From the IMG/VR virus record IMGVR_UViG_3300030104_002039, positions 1 to 51,364 of that record: 51,364 nt of DNA. One strand, written 5' to 3'. The notes beneath the pieces were generated by a model that did not search any database, was not told where the DNA came from, and worked only from the letters and a program-made list of their open reading frames with translations. This DNA is from a virus. Lineage: Duplodnaviria; Caudoviricetes. The first letter of the stretch is position 1. Every line of letters begins with the position of its first letter. Shown here piece by piece: positions 1-9,116 of the stretch. Position numbers and translations under genes: made by a program.

Positions 1-35
1 GAAAAATGGTTAACGGAACTTATAAAAAAGATTAA
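1..35 (+). CDS. 3' end of a probable MazG-like nucleotide pyrophosphohydrolase (partial)
   Basis: Frame 3 reads KMVNGTYKKD* (stop 33-35), resembling the 'GKM(I/V)NG(T/V)FVK' C-terminus of phage MazG-like proteins. Only 10 codons are visible. Confidence 0.45.
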   Translation, partial: KMVNGTYKKD

Positions 36-36
36 T

Positions 37-345
37 ATGAGCAGTAGAGAAATATACGATGCCAAAAACGGTATCACATCAAGAAAAGAATATGGATTCA
101 GAGATCCTGTAGTTAGAAATGTAGTTGATAAATTTGTTTCAAGGTCAGATATTGGCTATGAAAAATATGGCTCAACATTAGATGATGAGCGTAGACTTAA
201 AATGAAAAACCTTCAAGGTTATTTAAATGATATACAAGAAGAGCTTATGGATGCTGTGCTATACATACAAGCTGCACGTGAAGAATTACAAGACTTATCT
301 GAAGAGTCAATGATAGATAAATTTAGATATGAAAAAGAAATATAA
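37..345 (+). CDS. Conserved phage protein, all-alpha NTP-pyrophosphatase-like
   Basis: Motif RSDIGYEKYG...IQEELMDAVLY (EExxD acidic helix); located in the nucleotide-metabolism block. Confidence 0.5.
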   Translation: MSSREIYDAKNGITSRKEYGFRDPVVRNVVDKFVSRSDIGYEKYGSTLDDERRLKMKNLQGYLNDIQEELMDAVLYIQAAREELQDLSEESMIDKFRYEKEI

Positions 346-772
346 ACGTAAACGTGGTCCTGTCAGAGCTAAAAAAGTTAGCTTTGATGGGATAACTTTC
401 GCCTCTGGTTTAGAAAAGTATATGTATATAGCTTTAAAAAAAGCTAAAATAAAGTCTAAGTATGAAGGTGAAACATATATAGTTCAAGAAGGTTTTATGT
501 TTAATAATGAAAGTTATGAACGACAAGGTAATGGTAAAGGTGATTTAGTTAATAGAGGTTGTAAAAAAATATTACCTATAAAATACACTCCCGATTTTAT
601 ATCTGATTCATTTATAATTGAATGCAAGGGTAGAGCAAACGAATCATTTCCTTTACGATGGAAAATGTTTAAAAAATATGTAAATGATAATCTAAAACAT
701 GTAACCTTATATAAGCCTCAGAACCAAAAAGAATGTGATAAAGTAGTAGAATTAATTAAAAAAAATAAATGA
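329..772 (+). CDS. T7 endonuclease I-like Holliday junction resolvase
   Basis: FASGLE...YTPDF...IIECKGR matches the endonuclease I PD-(D/E)xK signature. Confidence 0.85.
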   Translation: MKKKYKRKRGPVRAKKVSFDGITFASGLEKYMYIALKKAKIKSKYEGETYIVQEGFMFNNESYERQGNGKGDLVNRGCKKILPIKYTPDFISDSFIIECKGRANESFPLRWKMFKKYVNDNLKHVTLYKPQNQKECDKVVELIKKNK

Positions 773-2643
773 ATAACGACTTAAATAAAAAAATATTATC
801 TGATTTAACTGTGCATATGAAGTACGCTAAATTTATACCAGAGTTAAACAGAAGAGAGACATGGGAAGAATTGGTTACGAGGAATAAAGAAATGCACCAA
901 AAAAGATATCCACAACTAACAGATGAAATACAATTAGCATATAAATATGTTTATGATAAAAAAGTTTTACCATCTATGCGATCGCTTCAGTTTAGCGGCA
1001 AGCCAATTGAGATTTCGCCGAATCGATTATACAACTGTAGCTACTTACCTATCGACCACGTTGATAGCTTTAGTGAGTGTATGTTCCTTTTGCTATCTGG
1101 TTGTGGTGTTGGTTATAGTGTTCAAAAACACCATATAAATTTATTACCTCACATAACAAAGCCTTTTGAAGGAAGAACAAGAAGATTTGTTATTGGTGAC
1201 AGTATTGAGGGTTGGTCAGACTCTATTAAGGTTTTAATCAAGTCTTATTTAGGCTCTAGGAGATCATCTAAGATAAAATTTGATTATTCTGACATTAGAC
1301 CTAAAGGAGCTAGGCTGGTAACTTCAGGTGGAAAAGCTCCCGGGCCTCAACCATTAAAAGAATGTTTAGTAAAAATTAAAGGAATATTAGATGCTAAAGA
1401 AGATGGTGCAAAACTTACAACGCTTGAAGTTCATGATATTGTATGTTATATTGCTGATGCTGTGCTCGCAGGTGGTATTAGACGGGCCGCGCTAATATCT
1501 TTGTTTTCAGCGTATGATGAAGAAATGATATCTTGTAAATCAGGTAATTGGTGGGAGAAAAACCCACAAAGAGGTAGAGCTAATAACTCTGCTGTTTTAA
1601 TGAGACATAAAATAACAAAGGAATTTTTCTTAGATTTGTGGAAACGTATTGAATTATCCGGAGCTGGTGAGCCAGGAATATATTTTAATCATGATAAAGA
1701 TTGGGGAACTAATCCATGTTGTGAAATAGCCCTAAGGCCATATCAATTCTGTAATCTTTGCGAAGTTAATGTAAGTGATATCACAAGCCAAGAAGATCTT
1801 AATGCTCGCGTTAAGGCCGCATCTTTTATAGGCACGCTTCAAGCGGGTTATACGGAATTCCACTATCTAAGAGAAATATGGCAAGAAACAACAGAGAAAG
1901 ACGCACTTATAGGTGTGTCAATGACAGGAATAGGGAGTGCCGCTGTGCTCCAAATGGATATGAAGGTCGCTGCAAGTATAGTGAAAAGAGAAAATACAAG
2001 AGTAGCAAAGCTAATAGGAATAAACAAAGCAGCTAGAACAACATGTGTTAAACCTGCAGGAACAACCTCTCTTGTACTTGGAACTTCTTCAGGTATTCAC
2101 GCTTGGCATAATGACTTTTATATTAGAAGATTACGTGTAGGTAAAAATGAACCTATATATAATTACTTAAAGAAAAATAATCCGGATTTAGTTGCGGATG
2201 AATATTTTAGACCTCATGATACCGCTGTTATTGAAATACCACAATCAGCTCCAAAAGGTTCTATATTAAGAACTGAATCTGCTTTTGACTTACTCAAAAG
2301 AGTTAAACAAGTTGCTACCGAATGGGTTAAACCTGGACACCGTAAAGGTTCTAATACTCACAACGTGTCTGCAACAATAAGTTTAAAAGCAAATGAATGG
2401 GATAAGGCTGGAAAATGGATGTGGGATAATAGAGAGTGTTATAATGGTTTATCAGTACTACCTTATGATGGTGGTAGTTACACTCAGGCTCCGTTTGAAG
2501 ATATAACAAAGCAAGAGTTTAATAAGAGAGTCAAACTCTTAAACGATGTAGATTTATCTAACATTGTTGAAACAACTGACGAAACTGATCTATCTGGTGA
2601 ATTAGCCTGTGCCGGTGGATCTTGTGAAATAACGGGCTTATAA
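769..2643 (+). CDS. nrdJ: Class II (adenosylcobalamin-dependent) ribonucleotide reductase, monomeric RTPR type
   Basis: NPCCEI catalytic loop, CNLCEVN, TTCVKPAGT, GGIRRAALI and a C-terminal CAGGSC redox pair; no adjacent NrdB small subunit. Confidence 0.92.
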   Translation: MNNDLNKKILSDLTVHMKYAKFIPELNRRETWEELVTRNKEMHQKRYPQLTDEIQLAYKYVYDKKVLPSMRSLQFSGKPIEISPNRLYNCSYLPIDHVDSFSECMFLLLSGCGVGYSVQKHHINLLPHITKPFEGRTRRFVIGDSIEGWSDSIKVLIKSYLGSRRSSKIKFDYSDIRPKGARLVTSGGKAPGPQPLKECLVKIKGILDAKEDGAKLTTLEVHDIVCYIADAVLAGGIRRAALISLFSAYDEEMISCKSGNWWEKNPQRGRANNSAVLMRHKITKEFFLDLWKRIELSGAGEPGIYFNHDKDWGTNPCCEIALRPYQFCNLCEVNVSDITSQEDLNARVKAASFIGTLQAGYTEFHYLREIWQETTEKDALIGVSMTGIGSAAVLQMDMKVAASIVKRENTRVAKLIGINKAARTTCVKPAGTTSLVLGTSSGIHAWHNDFYIRRLRVGKNEPIYNYLKKNNPDLVADEYFRPHDTAVIEIPQSAPKGSILRTESAFDLLKRVKQVATEWVKPGHRKGSNTHNVSATISLKANEWDKAGKWMWDNRECYNGLSVLPYDGGSYTQAPFEDITKQEFNKRVKLLNDVDLSNIVETTDETDLSGELACAGGSCEITGL

Positions 2644-2657
2644 CTAAAACAATTATT

Positions 2658-3056
2658 ATGAAAAAACTATTTTTAATGGCAAGTCTTATTTTTGCTACAA
2701 CTTTATGTTCTGCGCAGTTCTTGGCTATAACAACCATAAACACGCCAGAAGATAATGCAGAGTGGGAAATGTCAAACGTCACCGATAACATAGGTGTTGG
2801 CTACATATTTACTGACAAAATAGTAGCTGGACTTGTAAAAAACGGTGAAGAGTACGATCTGTGGGGTAGATACCATTTTAGTAACTGCTACGCAGCTGTA
2901 CAAGCTCCTATGGAAGAAGCAACCGACAACATGATGTTCGGTGTTGGTTATTCTATGAAAGTTTGGAAAGACTTATATGTTGATCCAAGCTATATGATGT
3001 CTACGAAAGAAGACTCAGAGGGAGAGTTTAGGTTAGGAATATCTTATCGATTTTAA
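2658..3056 (+). CDS. Small outer-membrane beta-barrel protein with signal peptide
   Basis: Signal peptide MKKLFLMASLIFATTLCSA|Q, amphipathic beta-strands (NIGVGYIF, MFGVGYSM) and a C-terminal beta-signal FRLGISYRF. Confidence 0.75.
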   Translation: MKKLFLMASLIFATTLCSAQFLAITTINTPEDNAEWEMSNVTDNIGVGYIFTDKIVAGLVKNGEEYDLWGRYHFSNCYAAVQAPMEEATDNMMFGVGYSMKVWKDLYVDPSYMMSTKEDSEGEFRLGISYRF

Positions 3057-3077
3057 TTCAAATATTTATTAAATAAT

Positions 3078-3105
3078 AAAGGGAGCTTTTTAGCTCCCTT
3101 TTTTT
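3078..3105. terminator. Bidirectional intrinsic terminator between the convergent transcription units
   Basis: aaaGGGAGCT-tttt-AGCTCCCttttttt: perfect stem, T-tract on +, A-rich flank giving a T-rich tail on -. Confidence 0.9.
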
Positions 3106-3181
3106 ATAATGCTATCAAAAAGATAGTGATCATTAGTACTAAGTATATAACCGCACTAAGATCTTTGGTTTGTGTTTCCAT
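3104..3181 (-). CDS. Unannotated 25-aa single-TM peptide (METQTKDLSAVIYLVLMITIFLIAL)
   Basis: Translated by hand. ATG at 3181 has an A/T-rich leader; the stop lies within the terminator; the hydrophobic stretch is long enough for a TM helix. Confidence 0.55.
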   Translation of the reverse strand: METQTKDLSAVIYLVLMITIFLIAL

Positions 3182-3237
3182 ATATTTATTTTCACTAATA
3201 AATATAAATATTTAATTATTATAGTGTTAAGTAATTG

Positions 3238-3693
3238 TTAAATTACCATATATTTAGTTCTACCATTTTCTTTATATGCTTTTAAACACTTTTTTCTATT
3301 TTTCTCAGGAGATACATAACTAACATGAACCCAGTTAGGATTATCATCATTTCCAAACTCCCATATCATTTGATCAAAATCTAAATGCTCTTTTATAAAG
3401 TGGTACATTTCGGCATTTGTTGCTTTGCCAAATGTATCGTCAATATCCATTGCTTGACCTTTACAGTGTTGTGAAGTAGTAGATCCACCAATAGCTTTAT
3501 TTAAATCAGCACTTCTAAAAAAACTATTAATTTTTATTGGACCACCAACATATATTCTTAATGGCTCAAATATTTCTTTAGCAAGAGTTTCCATGTTTTT
3601 TAACTGTTCTTCATTAGGTGTATTTTCTATACCTCTTCTCAAAGCCGTTGTGCTATACACGCCCTCCTTGTAACTTATGTGTTTACTTATCAT
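3238..3693 (-). CDS. Endolysin, peptidase M15A (Zn D-Ala-D-Ala peptidase) family
   Basis: NSFFRS..LNKAIGG...SQHCKGQAMD and WVHVS are the M15 zinc-binding motifs. Confidence 0.88.
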   Translation of the reverse strand: MISKHISYKEGVYSTTALRRGIENTPNEEQLKNMETLAKEIFEPLRIYVGGPIKINSFFRSADLNKAIGGSTTSQHCKGQAMDIDDTFGKATNAEMYHFIKEHLDFDQMIWEFGNDDNPNWVHVSYVSPEKNRKKCLKAYKENGRTKYMVI

Positions 3694-3705
3694 TTTATTT
3701 TATTA

Positions 3706-4776
3706 TTAAGGTGTTGAATCTATTTCTCTTGTTGATCCAGCTAAATATGTAGACCAATCATCTTCTATTACTAATGTTAAAAATATCCTCTCATTACTAC
3801 CTGTTATACTTGTATCTGATTGTATTGATATAGCAAACATATCTGTAGAATCCCAATGTTTAGCCGAATCAAAAACAACATGCCATAGATGTTGGTCAGC
3901 TTCGTCATTAATAGTAATAGCTTCTGTTTCTTGAACAGAATAACCACCAGAATACGAACTTCCTACAGTGTTTGTTTCAACTCCAAAAGTAACCGTAGCA
4001 TCACCACTATGAGTGTTGAAGGCTTCCCCTCTGTATGTTACAGAAACTAATCTACCATCACAAACCGCTACTTCTTGCATTTCCTCTCTAGTTAATACAG
4101 TTTGTTCATCTTGTGATTTTAATGGTAAATAATATTTTGTAGTACCTATATTTGCTCTAAAGTTACAATTTACTATTCTATAGTTTTTACCAGATTGAGC
4201 ACCTGTTGTACTACCTGTACCACCATTACCTAAAGCTAAAGTACCAGTTACACCGTGAGTGTTTGCAGCACTTCCATCAAAGTTAGTGGAAGATGTACTA
4301 GCAAGATCAGTTTGAAAAGCTCTTGTAGTTGTAAGTGTGGCAGCGGATCCAGTTGTATTTTGATTTAACGTAGGTATATTGCTAGCATGTATTGTAGCTG
4401 TACTACTTACATCATTATCCCATCTTAAATGTTCGTTTGCTACAAAATTTAACAATGAATCATGATCTATTTCTCCAGGAACAGATGTAACGGTTATAGC
4501 TTGACCAGAGTTAGTCACACCCACACCACTAGTTCCTAATAAACCAAATGACGCTGATCCAGAATCAACTTGTGCTGGGCTACCAGCACCAGTATCAGTT
4601 GTAAATTTTATAGCGGTAATATCGCCAGAAGCTTCTGTGGCTTTTACTATTTTGTTATTAGAATCTAAACCTAAATTACCACCACTAGCTATAGTACCAG
4701 TAGATATACTTTCTAAATATACATCATTACGAAATCTAGATATTTGATCCCAAATATTTTGCCCGATCCATTTCAT
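3706..4776 (-). CDS. Putative tail fibre/virion structural protein
   Basis: T/S/G-rich with fibre-like segments (IPTLNQNTTGSAATLTT, GTLALGNGGTG) and a beta-rich C-terminal domain. Confidence 0.6.
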   Translation of the reverse strand: MKWIGQNIWDQISRFRNDVYLESISTGTIASGGNLGLDSNNKIVKATEASGDITAIKFTTDTGAGSPAQVDSGSASFGLLGTSGVGVTNSGQAITVTSVPGEIDHDSLLNFVANEHLRWDNDVSSTATIHASNIPTLNQNTTGSAATLTTTRAFQTDLASTSSTNFDGSAANTHGVTGTLALGNGGTGSTTGAQSGKNYRIVNCNFRANIGTTKYYLPLKSQDEQTVLTREEMQEVAVCDGRLVSVTYRGEAFNTHSGDATVTFGVETNTVGSSYSGGYSVQETEAITINDEADQHLWHVVFDSAKHWDSTDMFAISIQSDTSITGSNERIFLTLVIEDDWSTYLAGSTREIDSTP

Positions 4777-4777
4777 A

Positions 4778-5293
4778 TTAAGTTATTATTACGTCTACTA
4801 AAGCAGTTGGATTACAATCTGGAGATGTATCGTTTGCTAAATCACTACCAAAAGCTGCTGTTACCGTAGCCGTTGTATCACCTGTGATTGTTGCTATTGT
4901 TCTGGTTTCTCCAGATACAACTATTTCGTCTCCTACAGAAAGTTCAGAAGTATATAAGGTACTAGTACCAGGAACATTTATGTTAGTGCCCGTTACATCT
5001 ATAGATCCTGTTAAAGTAAAAGATGCACCGTCTGTTAGCTTTATATACAAGCCGTATTCTTTAGACGCACTATTAATACTTATATCATCAAAAACTAAAG
5101 TAGCGCCTATAGGTAGTTCTACTTGTTTTAAAAAATAAAACTTTCCTTTAAGCTTTTTTTCAATATACAAGTCTACCTTGCATTTGCTAACTTTTTGAAT
5201 ATTAGTTAAACAAACTTTAGATATACTTAGATTATCGCCAGGAGCTATTAACTCTTGAGTAAGTTCACCAGATATATTGAAATGGTTAGCCAT
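4778..5293 (-). CDS. Putative structural/decoration protein with an inserted fibre-type beta domain
   Basis: The segment GSIDVTGT...GTSTLYTSELSVGDEI...TATVTAAF is typical of fibre domains; structural gene context. Confidence 0.5.
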   Translation of the reverse strand: MANHFNISGELTQELIAPGDNLSISKVCLTNIQKVSKCKVDLYIEKKLKGKFYFLKQVELPIGATLVFDDISINSASKEYGLYIKLTDGASFTLTGSIDVTGTNINVPGTSTLYTSELSVGDEIVVSGETRTIATITGDTTATVTAAFGSDLANDTSPDCNPTALVDVIIT

Positions 5294-5296
5294 TTT

Positions 5297-5722
5297 TTAT
5301 TCGTAAAAACAAGTATACTCTAAAGTAGTTTCAGTAGTGTCCGAAGCTGTAAATTCAATATCTTTTCCGTCCGCTGCACACCAAGGAATAAACATCCAGT
5401 CTCCACCGTATAATCTACCTATTTCTACTGCTGCTAATAAAATATTTACAAATTTAGTACCGTCACCCCTGTCATTCATATTTTTAATATAAACTTTAGC
5501 TGATTTATCTGCAGTTACATCTGCCGCTATACCAGAAGTTAATCCACCATCTAATAAAACTATATTAGAATCTGATGCTACTTTTTTTCTACCAAGACCA
5601 GTAGTTTCTGAAATACCAGTGTCAGTACCTGCTGTGTAAAGTGTACTAGTGTTAGATACTGAAATAGCGTTATCAGCTATATCAGAACTTGCAATTGTTA
5701 TTGTTGCTGTTGTTGTTGCCAT
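5297..5722 (-). CDS. Putative structural protein, paralog B
   Basis: MATTTATITIASSD...EIGRLYGGDWMFIPW; clear paralog of 5749-6186. Confidence 0.6.
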   Translation of the reverse strand: MATTTATITIASSDIADNAISVSNTSTLYTAGTDTGISETTGLGRKKVASDSNIVLLDGGLTSGIAADVTADKSAKVYIKNMNDRGDGTKFVNILLAAVEIGRLYGGDWMFIPWCAADGKDIEFTASDTTETTLEYTCFYE

Positions 5723-5748
5723 TTTTATTTATTTTTATTTGTTAATTA

Positions 5749-6186
5749 TTAATCTCCAGCTGTTAGTAAAGTTTCACCACTGTGAAATAACATGTACTCT
5801 ATAGTAGCGTCATGAGTAAAAGCTTGTATTTCTATAGACGAATCTGCTGTTGCGTGCGTTAAATCACAATCCCAAGGCATGAATAACCAATCTCCCGCGT
5901 ATAATCTACCGATTTCTTCACTGTTTATTGATATTTTAACGTAATCTGTTACATCTGTGTTTTTAAGACATATGTATACATAAGATGCGTCTTCTGATAA
6001 TGCGGCGCTTTCTGGTATAAGGTCAAAATTAGTTCCCGTTGGGATTAACGCTCTGTGATAGTTTAATTGTTCTAGTCCAGTAGCCGTTGTGCCATCTTTA
6101 TACAGATTCATAGTAGCTGACAACGACATGTTGTCACTAAGCAAATCCGCACTAGAAAGCGTTATTGTCGCTGTTGTTGTTGCCAT
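5749..6186 (-). CDS. Putative structural protein, paralog A
   Basis: MATTTATITLSSAD...EIGRLYAGDWLFMPW. Confidence 0.6.
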   Translation of the reverse strand: MATTTATITLSSADLLSDNMSLSATMNLYKDGTTATGLEQLNYHRALIPTGTNFDLIPESAALSEDASYVYICLKNTDVTDYVKISINSEEIGRLYAGDWLFMPWDCDLTHATADSSIEIQAFTHDATIEYMLFHSGETLLTAGD

Positions 6187-6190
6187 AATT

Positions 6191-8596
6191 TTACTTTTTA
6201 ATTAATTGTTTTGTTATTGATTTGTTTTTGTAATTTATTTGTAGTATATAAACACCATTGCTAAACTTAGACATATCTAAAGTGTTTGTATTTGTTTTTG
6301 ATATAATTATATTTCCAATTTGATCATATACGTTTATATCAACATTTTTATTTATATTTACTTTGTTTTTAGTAGGATTTGGGTATATAACTAAATGATC
6401 ATCTAAACTTTGTCTTACTGGTATTGCACCAACCCAAGTGCTATCACAGTAATTATATGTTAGTTGACATATTTCATCCCACTCATTTTCACAACAGTAA
6501 TCATCTACTGAAATAACCCAAGCGTAGCATTCGTCATTAAGCCAGTAAGGATTTCCTGCACCAGTAACGCAACCAGCGTCATATAAACAAGATAAAGTAT
6601 CATTAACATTAGCAGTTGACTCGTAGTTATACGCATTTGGATCCATGCAACCCATAACCACTTCGATGCACGAACCGTTATCCGTGTTAGCAAGTGGATC
6701 AAAGTTAAGAGCTGTACTATCCATACACCCATAAACATAAGAAATACAACTAAAGTCCTCCGTGTTTGCTTGTGAGTTATAGTTAAGCATAGAAGGATCC
6801 GTGCAGCCATATATGTAAGGTATACAAGAATTATTATCACTATTTGCTAAGGGGTTATAATTAAACATGGTTGAATCAGTACATCCAAAAACGTAAGGCA
6901 AACATGATTCATCATCAGTATTAGCTGATGCATCAAAGTTAAACATTGTAGGGTCAGTACACCCATATATAAATGGAACACAACTATTATCATCAACATT
7001 TGCATTAGGATTATAGTTAAAAGCAAGTGGCTGCATACAACCATATATAACACCTATACAACCACCATTGTCTAAATTAGCTAAACTATCGTAATTAAAA
7101 GCTAGACTATCAGTACAACCCCATATAGCTTCCATTTGACAATCACCATTATTATAATCAGCTGTAAAACCTTGAGTGTAATATTCTAAATATTGTGGAT
7201 CAGCACAACCTGGATTATAATAGCAACTACCGTTATCAGTGTTTGCTGTATCGTTATAATTATAAGCTATAGAATCCATACAGCCATAAACGTAAGGAGT
7301 ACATACTGTAGGACAGTTAGGTAGCGCTATATATTTATCTGGAAACAACATTATTCTATCACTCCAAGGATTTGTGCCTCCTGAAGCTATAACAATACCT
7401 TCTGGATTTATTAATTTAAAACCTATTTGATCTATAGTAGCATCAGAACTTGTTTGTGAATAAGCTCTAATTGTAACTGGGTGGTTTGATTTTAATTCTA
7501 AATTTATAATTTCAACAAAAGAACTTGTGTTAGTATAAGGACCGTAAGAATTACCTAGTTGATTTATCATAACATAAGCGCCTAACCAACCATCACCACC
7601 ACCATCTATTAACTCAATAGTATAACTACAAGTATCCTCCATAAGTGGAGTGTTAGCAATAGAATTAAAATCAAACATAGTACTATCCATGCAACCTATC
7701 ACTCTAGGTGTAACACATAGAGCTGGGTTCATTTGGTCAGCAGCTGGATTAAACTCTAAATAAGCTGGGTTAGGACAACCAACAACAGGTATCCAACTAC
7801 AATCTTTCATCACAAACAAATCTGAAGTATCGCTATGTCCAAAATTTAAATTATCACCAGGCGTTAAACTATATATAGTATCACCGCACTCATCTGTAAT
7901 CAAAGCATTACCATCAATACCACCAAAACAAGAGCCACATATACCATCTCCATAAGAATCATATATAATAAATTTTATTGTATCGCCTATAGGTACACAT
8001 ATCGTATTGCTATAAAAGTTACCAGGGCCAATGCTATTAAAAAACCCTTGAGGTATATCATGTAAAACACTATCGTTTTGATTTACAATTTTCATAGAGG
8101 TTTCTCCAGAATAAGTATCTGGCGTAAACTCAATTGTTATAGATGTTTTTGTAGTATCAGCACAATCATCTTGTGGCGGTGGTATAGCTAAACAAACATC
8201 CGGTATGTTAGCTAAAGGATCGTAGTTGTCATAAGAAGGATCCATACAGCCTGAAATACAAGTAAATTCATTAGCATAAACTGTGTCAGTAAAACTTCCA
8301 TCACTCATTTCTAAAACTATCCAAAAACCAGCTGAACTAGCAAACGGATCACCAGGACTATAGTTGTTATAAAAAGAATAATTAGTTAAATTTTGGTCAT
8401 ACCAGTTCCAAGAGTACGTGTTATAAGGTGTTCCTCTATGAATATTATTTATTGTACAACCACTGTCTAAAGGTTGCCACTCTACCCATGTTCTAGCATA
8501 ACCATACATACATGTATCAGTAGATACTAATGTGGGCGCACAGTTTTGTGCAAAACTAAATATTGGTAATAATAATAATAATAATAATTTTTTCAT
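6191..8596 (-). CDS. Secreted Cys-rich repeat protein with a T9SS type A C-terminal sorting domain
   Basis: Signal peptide MKKLLLLLLLPIFSFA|Q; about 12 GC[MT]DxxAxN[YF]xxxAN repeats; C-terminus IYPNPT...VYDQIG...SNGVYILQI...TKQLIKK is a canonical Por/T9SS CTD. Confidence 0.88.
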   Translation of the reverse strand: MKKLLLLLLLPIFSFAQNCAPTLVSTDTCMYGYARTWVEWQPLDSGCTINNIHRGTPYNTYSWNWYDQNLTNYSFYNNYSPGDPFASSAGFWIVLEMSDGSFTDTVYANEFTCISGCMDPSYDNYDPLANIPDVCLAIPPPQDDCADTTKTSITIEFTPDTYSGETSMKIVNQNDSVLHDIPQGFFNSIGPGNFYSNTICVPIGDTIKFIIYDSYGDGICGSCFGGIDGNALITDECGDTIYSLTPGDNLNFGHSDTSDLFVMKDCSWIPVVGCPNPAYLEFNPAADQMNPALCVTPRVIGCMDSTMFDFNSIANTPLMEDTCSYTIELIDGGGDGWLGAYVMINQLGNSYGPYTNTSSFVEIINLELKSNHPVTIRAYSQTSSDATIDQIGFKLINPEGIVIASGGTNPWSDRIMLFPDKYIALPNCPTVCTPYVYGCMDSIAYNYNDTANTDNGSCYYNPGCADPQYLEYYTQGFTADYNNGDCQMEAIWGCTDSLAFNYDSLANLDNGGCIGVIYGCMQPLAFNYNPNANVDDNSCVPFIYGCTDPTMFNFDASANTDDESCLPYVFGCTDSTMFNYNPLANSDNNSCIPYIYGCTDPSMLNYNSQANTEDFSCISYVYGCMDSTALNFDPLANTDNGSCIEVVMGCMDPNAYNYESTANVNDTLSCLYDAGCVTGAGNPYWLNDECYAWVISVDDYCCENEWDEICQLTYNYCDSTWVGAIPVRQSLDDHLVIYPNPTKNKVNINKNVDINVYDQIGNIIISKTNTNTLDMSKFSNGVYILQINYKNKSITKQLIKK
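6590..7290 (-). repeat. Tandem array of about nine ~26-aa GC[MT]D...AN...C repeats in the T9SS cargo gene
   Basis: GCMDSIAYNY, GCADPQYLEY, GCTDSLAFNY, GCMQPLAFNY, GCTDPTMFNF, GCTDSTMFNY, GCTDPSMLNY, GCMDSTALNF, GCMDPNAYNY. Confidence 0.85.
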
Positions 8597-8745
8597 ATTT
8601 CAAATCCAAAGTTTAATATGATACATCTATGATCTATACCGGGGTTGCAGTACAACTCTAATATTGTAAACCTACCAATTCTAATAGATATATCATATAC
8701 ATTATCTTTTTTATTTCCTTTTTTCCAACTGTTTATCCAATTCAT
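8593..8745 (-). CDS. Unannotated 50-aa protein (MNWINSWKKGNKKDNVYDISIRIGRFTILELYCNPGIDHRCIILNFGFEI)
   Basis: Fills the gap exactly: starts just after the nuclease stop, and its TGA overlaps the next ATG (ATGA coupling). Confidence 0.75.
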   Translation of the reverse strand: MNWINSWKKGNKKDNVYDISIRIGRFTILELYCNPGIDHRCIILNFGFEI

Positions 8746-8747
8746 AA

Positions 8748-9116
8748 TTATCTTTTTCCGCCGTGATATTCTACGGCATGTCCTTCTTTAATTAATAATT
8801 CATTTATGCTTTCTAAAGTCATTTTTTCTTTACCGTCAACTATATCTACAAATAACTCCCCTAAACATCTACCATATTTTCCAACACCATGAGATTGTAA
8901 TGTTATTTCTTTTGATCCTTCTAGTAATTGCTTAACTCTATCTTTAGCTGCTAAACCTTTAGCTTTTTCTTCTAAGTCTCTTGTTCTTGATTCTGGAGTA
9001 TTAATACCTAAAAACCTTATTCTTTTTTTAGTAGATATATCAAAGCCTAAATCTATATGAGCATCAATAGTGTCACCATCAATAACTCTGTCTAATTTTA
9101 TTTTATAAGTATACAT
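8748..9116 (-). CDS. Thermonuclease (staphylococcal nuclease-like) family protein
   Basis: RVIDGDTID...RIRFLGINTPE...GKYGRCLG. The start is most likely 9116 (TAATG overlap), not 9131. Confidence 0.9.
   Translation of the reverse strand: MYTYKIKLDRVIDGDTIDAHIDLGFDISTKKRIRFLGINTPESRTRDLEEKAKGLAAKDRVKQLLEGSKEITLQSHGVGKYGRCLGELFVDIVDGKEKMTLESINELLIKEGHAVEYHGGKR

Noticed and set aside
6590-7290. Periodic DNA repeats as a CRISPR array or DGR template
   Set aside because: The repeats are degenerate codon-level protein repeats; there are no identical direct repeats with spacers and no reverse transcriptase.
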